Shown one piece after another: positions 39,395 through 51,090 of a stretch of DNA of 64,000 nucleotides. Under the pieces are notes generated by a model. The model did no database searches. It saw only the letters and a list, made by a program, of their open reading frames with translations, and was not told the origin of the DNA. Made by a program: the position numbers and the translations under genes. This DNA comes from Azolla caroliniana (Eukaryota > Plantae > Polypodiophyta): the NCBI GenBank assembly GCA_043228905.1, contig JBHGNT010000014.1, positions 11,718,001-11,782,000 on the forward strand. The letters are read 5' to 3'. Numbering within the stretch: the stretch's first letter is position 1; each line of letters opens with the position of its first letter.

Positions 39395-41795
39395 GCGAAC
39401 CACAAGAGCCTCCAAGGAAGCAAAGCATGTCACGGTCAAGTCCAAAGATGGACAAAGGGAAGCCAAAATGCTAGAGTATGAAGTTGATCAATCTAATGTT
39501 AATGAATCAGCTCACTCACTCGATAGTGAACTCGATGGCTTCGATGAACCTATCATGAGGACACCTGGTGTAAAGAAAGTCATTGCCACAACAAATGAGA
39601 AACTTCGTCACTCCACCTGAGAGAAGAATCTAGTTAGTCGATTTGGCTACAACAATTATATGGCATATCACTATGCCTTTATGATGAAGGTAGTGACCGT
39701 TCGAGAACTAGAAAGTATTTCGGAAGCAGCCAAGGATCCATGATGGGTCGAAGCAATGAACGAGGAGATGTTGGCACTATGCAAGAACGAGACATGGGAT
39801 CTCGTTCCCCACTCACCACACAAAAAGACTATCGGCTACAAATGGATTTACAAAGTGAAGTATAATGTCAATGGCTCTATCAATGGCTATAAAGCTCGAC
39901 TCGTAGTGAAAGGATACACACAGACACATGGAGTCGACTATGAAGAGACCTTTGCTCCGATAGCAAAGATGACAACCGTGTCGACCATGATAGCGCTTGC
40001 CACAGTGAAAGGGTGGCACCTCCACCAGATGGACATCAAGAACCCCTTTCTTCATGGCGAATTAGAAGAGGAGATGTACATGGTACAACCACCCGAATTC
40101 AAATCCAACATCCATCCGAAAGCAGTTTGCCGACTAAAAAAACCACTCTACGACCTTAAGCAAGCACCACGTGCTTGGCACTTGAAGATAACACAATATC
40201 TTCATCGAATTAGCTTCAGAATATAAAAATCTGACAACTCTCTCTATGTTAGAAGTAATTCCGGAAGTCCGATTGTCATCATCCTATACGTGGACGGTTT
40301 AGTCATTGGAGGTGAGCATCTACTCGACATCAACAAGGTCAACCCCCTTCTTTCCAGAAAATTCGAGATGATGGACATGAAATAGCTCCATTACTTCCTT
40401 GGCATCGAGGTCATTTAGACTCCAATCGACATTATGATCTCCCAACGACACTACATCCTTAACTTGTTATACAAGTTCGGGATGACTGAGTGCAAGTATG
40501 AGGCAACCCCTATCGATTGGAACCTAAAGCTAGCTGCCAACTCTGACACAAAAGAGTGTGAGCCGACTCAGTATCGACAACTAATCAGTCGGTCTCACAA
40601 TCACTCGACCCAACCTCAACTACCCGATCGGTCTCCTTAGCCAATTCATGCAAAAGCCACATGACATTCATTTGGATTGCGCTAAGTGAGTGTTACGATA
40701 CGTGAGCAGCATAGTGGATTGTGGCATTCTCTACAAATCAGCCACACCACTTCGACTCGAGGGGTACATAGATGCCGACTAGGCCGACTATAAGGTCGAT
40801 AGATGATCAACATCCGGATTTGTTTTCTGCCTCGACAGCGGAGCAATATCCTGGAGTAGCAAGAAGCAACTGACTATTGCAATTTCGAGCACAGAGGCCG
40901 AATATAGGGGCGCAATTGTAGCTTCATGTGAAGCCATGTGGCTAAAGAGAATATTGAAGGATCTGGGCGTTCCCATCAAGGATCCTTCTAGGCATCCACG
41001 CACACACGAAGCATATCGAAGTGCACTACCACTTCATCCGAGAGCGCGTTCAGGCTGGAGATGTCAGCCTTCAACATATCAACACGAATCTTCAGACAAC
41101 CGACATCTTCACCAAAGCCCTAGGAGCTGACAAGCTTTGGCAATTCATGTCAGACCTTGGACTGACAATCCCTGACTTTCCAAGCTTGAGAGGGAGTACA
41201 AGAGAGAACCAAACACCGCCCAAACCGGATACCAGCCAAAGCAGACACCAACCGAAAGAAGTCGACCAAAGTTGAGCTTGAGGGGGCGTGTTGAGAATCA
41301 AGCTCAACCTAGTCTAGTGTGTGAACACGCCTTTGAGAATCTATGAGCACTCAAAAGCCAAAAGTCACCACTACTCTCTACACATTAACTATGTGTTATA
41401 GAGTCATATTCTATGACACATAACTAATGAGTTCTATGACACACCACTACTCGAACCTCAATCGGCGTCCCATACCACTGTTGTGGCATCTAGTCGTACT
41501 TGGTACTGGCGCGCTCGCTACAAGAGTTTGATCACCACGAGGTCAGAGTATCGACATAGTCAAAATATGTCAAATGAGGATAGCTAGGCCTCTGAGTCAT
41601 ATTTATAGCCAGAACTATGGCCCCTAGGCCAATTCACACTTGGCCTGAATGGGTTGTCTCAATTCCTAGGATTAAAAGTAATCCTCCCTTCTTTACACTC
41701 TTGGTTAACTATCACATGTTATCCTTGTGTGTAGAATACTACAGTACAACTTACCACAGGATATTATAAGGTCATGCCCGTAACATAAGGAAGTT

Positions 41796-41858
41796 TCTTT
41801 TGTAGCTCGGTTAGTTAGAGCACTTGTTTAGTATGCGGGAGGTCTTGAGTTTAACTCT
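41796..41858 (+). pseudogene. tRNA-Thr(AGT) pseudogene truncated at the T-arm by an LTR start
   Basis: TAGCTCGGTTAGTTAGAGCACTTGTTTAGTATGCGGGAGGTCTTGAGTTTAACTC closely resembles plant tRNA-Thr(AGT); the 3' acceptor strand is replaced by LTR sequence. Confidence 0.8.
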
Positions 41859-42181
41859 ATTGAGAATCAAGCTCAACCTAGTCTAGTGTGTGAACACACC
41901 TTTGAGAATCTATAAGCACTCAAAGGTCAAAAGTCCCCACTACTCTCTACACATTAACTATGTGTCATAGAATAATATTCTATGACACATAACTAATGAG
42001 TTCTATATTCCCCATGACTAATGAGTCTCCACATTCCCCAAGGTTCTAAAGAGATCGTGGGCGTTATAGTGAGTTAATGAAGAGAGAGGGTGACCTTATA
42101 TAAATCACCCTCCTCCTACTTCATAAAGTGTCAGTTGTTCTCCCTTGTAATGCTACATTTTCGTACTTGATATTAATAAAC
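41858..42181 (+). repeat. Second, 3'-truncated copy of the Copia-3 LTR (first partial copy at 41289-~41435)
   Basis: T(G/A)TTGAGAATCAAGCTCAACCTAGTCTAGTGTGTGAACAC.. occurs at both 41289 and 41858. Confidence 0.85.
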
Positions 42182-42309
42182 AAAATAAGGGACTCTTTTT
42201 TCATTCGCAAACACAATTCATGCTTTTCTCTCATTTAGTTTGAGGCTTCATTTTAGTCGATTAATTGAGCTTTGTTTATGAATGAAAAAAGAGTCCTTTC
42301 TTTTCTCAT

Positions 42310-42860
42310 CCACGAATACTATACCAAATATTAACGTGTATCAACAAATGGGGCAAGAGTTCAAGAGGGTACCAAGTGAATATGTGTTTGGAATTTATCA
42401 AATCTATATGGAGGCGATGTTCCATGTGCATATGGGAGATGACACTTCATGCTTTTTCCTTTGCATCATTGGCGTTAAGCATGGATACCCACTCTCTTTT
42501 GAATTGGAACAAATGTTTGACAAGTTTGTAAAGTAAGATGGCATTGAAAAAGTTACCATCAACAATGTAGTTATCGTGCTTTTACGATATGCAAATAATA
42601 TAATGCTTTTTGTGAATACTTTGGAGGACGCCCTAAAGCTTACGTGTCGGGATTTTTTTGTATCCATACCAAGTTGAGTGTCGATAGCTCCAAACCAAAG
42701 GTTATGCTTGTGAAGACATAAAATAAGGAATAAATTATGCATTTTGTATAGTAATGAGCCACTTGATAAGTATAAAACTTCAAATACCTTGGTTTGAGGT
42801 TCCCTTAAATCATAGATGGAATAATTGTGTTAACCCCCACTTAAAAGTGAGAAAGAGGGC
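42310..42860 (+). pseudogene. Heavily decayed non-LTR retrotransposon RT fragment
   Basis: IGVKHGYPLS (~GVRQGCPLS) and VLLRYANNIMLF (~LLYADD), with stops. Confidence 0.6.
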
Positions 42861-44626
42861 TTCACTATGAATTAATGGTTGTCATCATGGTCATATGACG
42901 TGTTTTCGTCAAATTGCCATGGATCAAACAATGAAGGAAGGGTGTGTCTTGATGGTCAAGGCATCAATTCACGTAACATGGATTATCGCAAATCAACGTA
43001 GGTTGCCAATAAGTAGTTGACATTAGATCAAATTATGACATGCGTTGATTGTACTATGTTAACTATCAAAAAATGAATTGTTTCATGAAGAAAGACACGG
43101 AGTACCTACAGATGGATCAAGTGACAGGTAGAAAAAACAAGGTAACAATGGCAAGAAAGGCCAATATTATGAATATTATTTTGGTCTTGTAGGCCACATT
43201 GGCCTCTTTGAGGGTGTTAATATGCTTATTCTCTCTACCACGTATATTGAATCAACATATGAGAAACAAAAGAACATATGAGGACACTAGGCATGGCGTT
43301 CCTATAGGGTTTTCCTAGCTCTCAAGAACTCATGTCAAGGATGGGACCATTAGTGATGACTGTTGCAATGCTCTTTGCTCGTTGGTCATAATGAGGATGG
43401 AATGATGGTAGATGCATTTTGGAATTTTGAGGAATATGAGGAGTATTGTATGTATATGAAATTCATAAAGTTTACTCACATGTTTGAAACTTTTTTCTAA
43501 ATACTTAGTCAAACTTGTGTAACCTAATCACATGGAAATCACGATTCAAGAAACAATTTTAACTTACCATAATTAGGATATAAGAATTAATTACCAATCT
43601 TCTTTGGTTACAACTTACAATGTATGATAATTGTATGTGTATTATACTCACACATACATGCATTACACAGATGCTAAAGATATTTTTACAAAGGAGAGTT
43701 CAAACTCGTAATTTTCTAGTCACAAGCCTTACACATTTGCCAATGGCCTATGAATACTTCCTACATATATATTGGAAATTATTATTTTTGGAAGGTTCAA
43801 AAACATCATAGAATTTCGATTTTGTGCAACACTTGGCACAATCACGTCCTTTGATTGATGTGATATTGATCCCTAGTCCATTTTAGTTCAACCTTAGACT
43901 TCATCCTTTTGGGCATATTTCTCATGTTCTTGCTTACTCCCTATTATATTCTTGATCATATACCATACATGTTTGTTGATATATTTCATGTATTTCTTGC
44001 ATTTTTTCATCTATTTTCCACATGTTCCATTTATTTTCTCGTAGTTTCATGACAATGAACCCGTTGGAATTGTGTTAGATTAGAATCTTAATTTGGTTAG
44101 TACCGTGCTTTGAAGTAGGAAGTGGAAATGTCCCAATAAAACTTTTATGATTAAAACCTTCACTATGACCAGGGGCTTTGTTTAGACACTAAATTAAGCA
44201 GCACGATTTGAAAAATGAAGCTAATGTACTATCCTTAACAATGATTATGAAGTATGTGTATATTTTAAAATACATTTGTCTTTGCGTTCTCGATGGTATG
44301 CGGAATCTTAAATTGCATCTGATTAGGTGATAATGTTAGATTAATGGTACAAAAATAATTTAAGGAGAAAGAAGAACGGCCATTAAGCATACCCACGTGT
44401 TCAAGTACATGCTTTATGTTTCTTAATCGTGTGGCTTAATTGTAAACTGCTTGGGATTAAGATGAGACAAAGAGGGCATATACAAAAGGAGCAGGTAAGG
44501 AAGAAAAGAGGCAGGTGATTACGGAAGCTTGCATAAGTAATCGTTAAGCGTTAATCATGCGCTTAATCTTGATTAAGACTAGCGGTTGCGAGGATTAGAG
44601 CAGGGGTATGCAGGGAATTTAATAAA

Positions 44627-44706
44627 AGAAGAAGAAGAAGAAGAAGAAGACGAAGAAGAAGAAGAAGAAGAAGAAGACGAAGAAGAAGAAGAAGAAGACG
44701 AAGAAG
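44627..44706. repeat. (GAA)n microsatellite, followed by (CA)n at ~44744-44763, upstream of the At4g15545-like gene
   Basis: Direct reading of the sequence. Confidence 0.95.
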
Positions 44707-44979
44707 CGAGAGCATAGATTTGTAGTTTTCCGTAACTATCTGTCACACACACACACACACACAGAGCTTCTCTGGCCTTTTCCTTTCCAGCCCTCCCAAT
44801 TCTCTGCTTCTGCTCGCCTCCAAGTTCCCATGGAGTAATGCTCTGGATGCACTCGCTTTCTCTGTATGTACTGTATCCTGCTCCCGCCTTCCTCTCTTTT
44901 CCTCGCGTGTTCCCCCTGCAGAGAACGCCTTCCTTCCTCTCTCATCCTGCGTTTGAACTGTTTTCCAGGAATTGATCGG

Positions 44980-47900
44980 ATGCTTCGCCATTACCCTGCC
45001 TCAGATATGGAAGAACGAGGAGAAAGAGGGCGTCCACGAGGAAGAGATATCTCAGATTTGCCGCCTCAAGAAGTTCTTTCCGTTCTTCCCTCAGATCCGT
45101 ACGAGCAGCTCGAGGTTGCAAAGAAGATCACGGCTATGGCGATTTCTTCTAGGTTATCTCAGCTGGAGGCAGAGACGGGAAAGCTGCGTGGAAAACTTAA
45201 CGAGAAGGAAGAAATAGTATATAATTTGGAGAATCGTGTTAGTGAACTTGAGCAAGCTCTTCATGATTCATCTTCTCGTCTTTCTCAGGCTCTTGATGAA
45301 CAGGTTTTATTCTTTTTTTTCCATTAATTTTTCCGGTTTCTATGGTCATCATTGTTTTTTCTGCAGAATATAGAATTTTCTGAGAATAGTTTCTACCATC
45401 CTGTGAGAATGAATATTATAATTCTGTTTCATTGACTATACAAGTAGCAAATTGAATGTTGTCTTTATTCAGTGATGCAGGTTTAAATTAAGTTGTTTTT
45501 TCTTGCTATTTTGCCCATATTTTTTCTAAGGCCTTTCTCAATAGAGAAAAGTTTTCCTGTAAGAAAAACATACCCTGAAGGATAGACGAAAATTTAATGA
45601 GAACAATGAAGTTGATTCTTCTTGCGATTTCCATTTTCTATCAAAACTTTTTAGCTCCTTTTTTTGCTCAGAAAAGGAACGTTCTCATTAAGAAACAACC
45701 TAGTAGAGTCATATTATTTCGTGAGTGATGCGGCTATCTTTGGCTTGTAATTTTCTTTTTAGCTCCAAGACTTTAGTTTTGTTTTTATCTGAGATAAGAA
45801 AATGTTTTTACATACAAAAGTCTATCCAGAAAGATAGAGTTATCTTAATATTTCACAAATAATGAAAAAAGTTTATATTGTGATATACAATTCAAGGAAG
45901 GCTATGGAGTACATGTAGATACCCTAATCATCTACTTGTGTGCATTTTTTGTTAAACTTTCTAGCACAGTCTAATAATATAGTACACTCTATAAGAATGA
46001 ATAGGAGGTTTTTATTTCTGAGAAAACAAAATATTTTATATAGAAAAAAATATCGGGAAGGATAAAAATATGTACGTAACATGGCTTCAATATCCTCTTG
46101 ACAGTGGACAGTGGTTGTGTATTATAGAAAGGGTGGATGCTAATACAAGATGACTACAATTCAGCTAAATTGTCCTTCCAACAGAATCAGTTAGACGGTT
46201 TTCTCTTGGTTGCTTATACAACCATGTCTTCAATATCCTTTTGACCGTAGACAGTATGTCAAGTTTTAAGTTGTCCGAATAAGCATGATTCTGATTTTCA
46301 ATTCTTTTGTGGGTGTTGAGCTCAATTTGCTGGATCTGTGAGGCCTAGTGCGTGAACAGAGAACATCAGCAAATTAGGTTTGTGGTTACAAGTTGCAAGG
46401 AGTGTTTAATTAGAGAGGAGAAGATTGAGAGCAGATGGATTGTGTCTGCACTCTCTATGCCTTCAAAGTGTATCATCACCTTGCCCCAGAAACTCATTGT
46501 TTTTGTTGGTTTAGAATCTTCTTATATAGAAGTTTGCCTGATACCAGTTTGTTAGGAACACTCAGGAAATGAATTTGGGTTTATTATATTTGAATTTTAG
46601 TTTTATGTGATACGCTTAGGAAAATGTATTTTCTGAAATGGCCAGAGGCAGTTCAACTTTACAACTAGATGCGCACACCTCTGCACACATCAGAATCTAA
46701 TTCTAACTGGTTTGATCATAGCTTAATGGCCGTAGCTCTAGTCTGGGGATAATTGGTCCTTGGCCGTTTCACAGTGACCATGCAATGCCATCTTCCCAGA
46801 TTGCAAGACTTCTGAGGTGAAGGTAAAACAATAATAAAATGAAAAAGAAAATAGCCAGTAAAGAATACCCTAAAAAAGAAAAATGATAACTCTTCTTGGC
46901 GATTGTTTTCTGACATTTGTGTAATTTGTAAATTTATTTTCTTTTCACAAATGTTGTGATCTGAGACCTTGAAACATAGCTTCCATATCTGAATTTAATT
47001 TTGAGGAACATGAGGACTCCTCATTTGCAATTAAATTTATGATGTATTGTCAAATACTAGAATTTTAGGAGGTTTTGGATCAGTATTACGTTAGTCTCTC
47101 CTCATTGTAAGTTTGGACATTTGAAAGATATTAAGTGCAGTTTAATGGGTGGGTATTTTGAAAGAGAACATTTACCTTCACTATAAACAAGGGTGAGATG
47201 GGAATTCTCCTTTCTAATAAAATGATGCTATTGTCACTTTGTATATGTCCTATTTATAAGGGTTACATATGCCGAAAATCATACATTGATGGGCAGTACA
47301 TAATAATGTTTTGTTTGTATACTGCTCAGTACTTTGTCATACATTTGTAAGTTGCTCTTTATCTACAAGCGAAGCAATGCACACATCCTCTTTTTTGATC
47401 AAGTCCTATGGTTATGATAAACCTATGTCATTTGGAGGTTTTTTAAGTAGATGTGATCATGCTAAATCCTAAATGCCATTCATAAGCTTAAGTTTGTAAG
47501 TTTTTTCAATGGTCACAGAAGGTATTACATGAGTGAATGTACCACTGTTTACCCGTCACCAATATAAGAGTTGAAAATAGATGAAGATTAGAACAAAGCA
47601 TTTGACCAATGCAAGCGCCCATGTTTCAATAACTATATTTGATAATTCATGCTGCATAACTATACCATTTGTAATTCACACATCTTTTTATAGTCTAAGC
47701 TGTGTGCTTGTTTTTGTTTTTGATTCGATATGGCACGCAGGCCAATTTAACAATCGAGAAGAATATGCTTGCAGCTTCAGTGAAAAAGCTATCTCGTGAT
47801 GTGGCAAAGGTGACTGAATTTCTGTATTTTCAATACCCTTAGGTGAATATTACAAAGTTTTTCTTTCATAAATCTGACATCTGTGGGATACTTTACATCC

Positions 47901-49762
47901 ACTTTGATCCACGCGTCACTAGCTTTTTCTGTGATCCATCTTTTTCTAAATTGCCACTGATCTGTGCAGCTTGAAACGTTTAAGAAGGCATTGATGCAGT
48001 CATTGCAGGAAGATGATGAAACTGCTACGGTAAGTTCTGGTGCTATGGATTTGGTTTTAATCAAGTACAAAATTATTAGTCCAAAATAGGGTGGATCTTT
48101 TCCAGACTACCAGAAACCATTGCTCTTTAACATCTTAGAGAATGTGAAATGTTCTATGGAATGTTATCTGAGCATGTAATGGATCCTGTTTTTGTATCAT
48201 CAACCCATCAAACACAATGATGCCATGGAAATAGGGTTTATCTTTTCCAGACTACCAGAAACCATTGCTCTTTAACATCTTAGAGAATGTGAAATGTTCT
48301 ATGGAATGTTATCTGAGCATGTAATGGATCCTGTTTTTTTATTATCAACCTGTCAAACACAATGATGCCGTGGAAATAGGGTTTATCTTTTCCAGACTAC
48401 CAGAAACCATTGCTCTTTGACATCTTAGAGAATGTGAAATGTTCTATGGAATGTTATCTGAGCATGTAATGGATCCTGTTTTTGTATTATCAACCTGTCA
48501 AACATAATGAAGCTGTGAAAATGCAATTTTCTTATACCAGTTGTTTGCAGCAATCAGGAACTGCTGCCAATACAAGTCAAATACCATTGCAAGATAGCGC
48601 GATATCTACAAGTTCTATGAATGGTATGCCTTCCTTCTGTTAGATTTCCATGTGATGAACTTTATGTGCAGAGATGCAAAGTGAAAAGAAACTCATCTTG
48701 TGCAGAAACTGATATATCAGGACTTCGAGATTATAGGAATTCTGTTGGATCAGCACGAGCGGTTTCTCTGAAGTACTCTTCTCTTCAAAGTGATGAACTA
48801 CAGTCTGAAACAGATGGTATTTTGATAGGTTACATCATTTGTTCAGCTGATGTGCTGTATGATCTGTATTAACAACTTTGTATAAAATTTATGCAGTTTC
48901 CAAAACCATGTTGGCTCAAGCATATTCTTTGACATCCCCACGTTTAACTCCTCAGCTCACTCCAACGGAATCTCCCAAGAAACAATCTGGTGCAAGCTCA
49001 CCCAAGCATTACTCATCATCTGGATCGCCCAAGCAACATTCTATCAATGAGACAAGGAGAAGATTCTCTTCATCCCAGCCTACAAGTGAACGATCTACAG
49101 CTCCTAACTCTCCACCAAAGGGTTCCTTTTCATGTTTTGTTATTTGCATTGTGATATGTTGTGGAATATCCTTGAGTTTCACTTTATTCCCACAAATGCC
49201 CTCAGTCAAAGTTTCTCAAGCAATTATATTCATTATTTGAACAATTATGTGCTCAATTCATTCTCTTATCCTCTTTTGGGGGTTGACCAAGGGGCGTTTG
49301 GGAAAATAAGGAAAATCTCAGGGAAATTTTAAAGTTTTCCATCTCATGAGGTGTTATTATATTTATATGTTTTTTCACATGTGTTTAGGATCACGCACTC
49401 CACGAGTGGATGGAAAAGAGTTCTTCCGACAGGCTAGGTATGCATGTGAGTGTAGGAAGATTCAGTTGTATTAAGGTCTGTTCATGTTGATGAATTGTGG
49501 TTGTGTTTCGATATTTCAGGAATCGACTATCATATGAACAGTTCAGTGCATTCCTGGCAAATATTAAAGAGCTCAATGCTCATAAACAAAGCAGGGAGGT
49601 ATGTCTGTGTATATTGGTGTGCATTTCCATAAATTCATTCTCACATCGAATGAATATTATTTCCAGGAAACATTGACGAAGGCAGATGAAATTTTTGGGC
49701 CTGAGAATAATGACCTTTACCTATTCTTTGAGGGCTTGCTGACGCGCCATCTACCAGCCTAA
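44980..49762 (+). CDS. At4g15545-family (NAIP-like) coiled-coil protein; predicted exons 44980-45303, 47741-47809, 47970-48029, 48551-48623, 48706-48816, 48897-49121, 49389-49437, 49520-49598, 49667-49762
   Basis: N-terminal LPSDPYEQLEVAKKITAMA, KKLSRDVAK/LETFKKALMQSL, C-terminal RVDGKEFFRQARNRLSYEQFSAFLANIKELNAHKQSREETL..FEGLL; GT-AG junctions are phase-consistent; start codon and exon 6 donor less certain. Confidence 0.88.
48084..48520. repeat. 145-bp tandem repeat (~3 copies) in intron 3
   Basis: TCCAGACTACCAGAAACCATTGC at 48101, 48246 and 48391. Confidence 0.95.
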
Positions 49763-51090
49763 GTGCCATGGTAATGTACCTTGAGTTCTTCTGGATATAC
49801 ATGAACACTTAGGCCCTATTATTATAAGGTTGATTAATGAACATTTGACCTCCACGCATTCCAGCTTATTTTAAATATGTATGCAGCACCACTTTGGCCA
49901 TACACTCATGTAGTGACACTGTTCGTAGATTGATTTAGAGTTACAAATGGATAGATAGGATTGCTTTATTTTGTTCATGCATTTTTGTAATAAACTGTAA
50001 TTGGATAAAGCTGTGACTGGTGATTGCTATGAAATTTTACCTAGAATGTGTTAAAGATCAGATGCTAATCAAACAAAGCGGGTTTCTATGCAGACATTAT
50101 TTGAGTGCAGATCAACCTTTTGACACTTCATTGATGAAGATGTATTTGAAGGTCATTCACATTGTGGATCATATTAAGTCATTGACACAGTCAGTTTAGC
50201 TACTCAGGAAGGAAGAACAATTAAGTTCTCATTTGTGGTCTTCCAGTGGTGACTGAAGATTTTTGGGCAATTTGCTACTTGTAGTTGATCCTAGTACCTT
50301 GTCTCACTGGTGTCAGGAAGAAATAAATCTGGTTATTCTTTTGAAAATGAAAATTCATTCTTCATGAAAGCTGTATTTTTTATTTATTTTCTTAGTTAAT
50401 GCTCAAATTGTCGAGATCAGTTATGTACTCATGGATTTGTGTATTTGGTTCACAACATTGCAATTAAAAGTATTACTTATTTGACTAGGAAACAGTACTC
50501 TCAAACGTGTCATTATAAGGTTTATTGTGGACAGGTAGGGTCCAGGACTAAGGTTGTCATACAACAACATGAGCACCGAAGGTATTATGTCTGTTAATAA
50601 ATTTGATCTGCTGGAACTTGAATATCTTCTCTAATTTTGTTGTTTTGGTAGATCTCATCTACAATCCCTTCAAATTAGTTTTGGACAAATTTCCTCGTTT
50701 ATTTGGACCATAAATGCATGCAACTTCCATTCTATTGAGTATAGTAATGACTTGTGAGGAGAGGGAAACATAATAGTGGATTCTCTTGGATTCTGTTCTT
50801 TACAAGGTTGACATTAATACATTTTCCATGAGATAACAAAGATTAAAACCACACACTAGCAAATAATTTACCTCTAAACTGGCCTCGCTCTTTGCCATTA
50901 ATTTCAGAAAAAAATGAAGGATAAAGTAGTCAATTTTCTTTAGAAGGTGATGTTAAGAATAAATGAGTGTTTATCATGTCTTTCAATGTTAAAAAGTTTA
51001 TTAATAACAATCAAGAGACCCGTTAATACAAACTCATTATTGGATTTTCTAAAATCAAAACACTAACAAACTAATCAGAGCGGTCTCTGT

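Larger units (their letters stand above)
13036..42181 (+). mobile_element. Copia-3, old host Ty1/Copia broken into segments ~13036-14725, 24709-24972, 36496-36645, 37723-38180 and 39395-~42181
   Basis: LTR end ..TTTACA at 13073 plus PBS TGGTATCGGAGC; gag, PR, IN, RT and RH read continuously across the TSDs (e.g. CL|RSDG, VA|RAMMNEK); PPT at 41280-41288; 3' LTR starts at 41289; outer boundaries approximate. Confidence 0.88.

Noticed and set aside
42900-44600. Coding or TE features in the AT-rich intergenic stretch
   Set aside because: Only short ORFs without recognisable motifs; nothing supportable without a database search
44866-44979. N-terminal extension of ORF 44866-45327
   Set aside because: Pyrimidine-rich stretch ending in TTTTCCAG looks like a 5' UTR intron; family similarity starts after ATG 44980/45007
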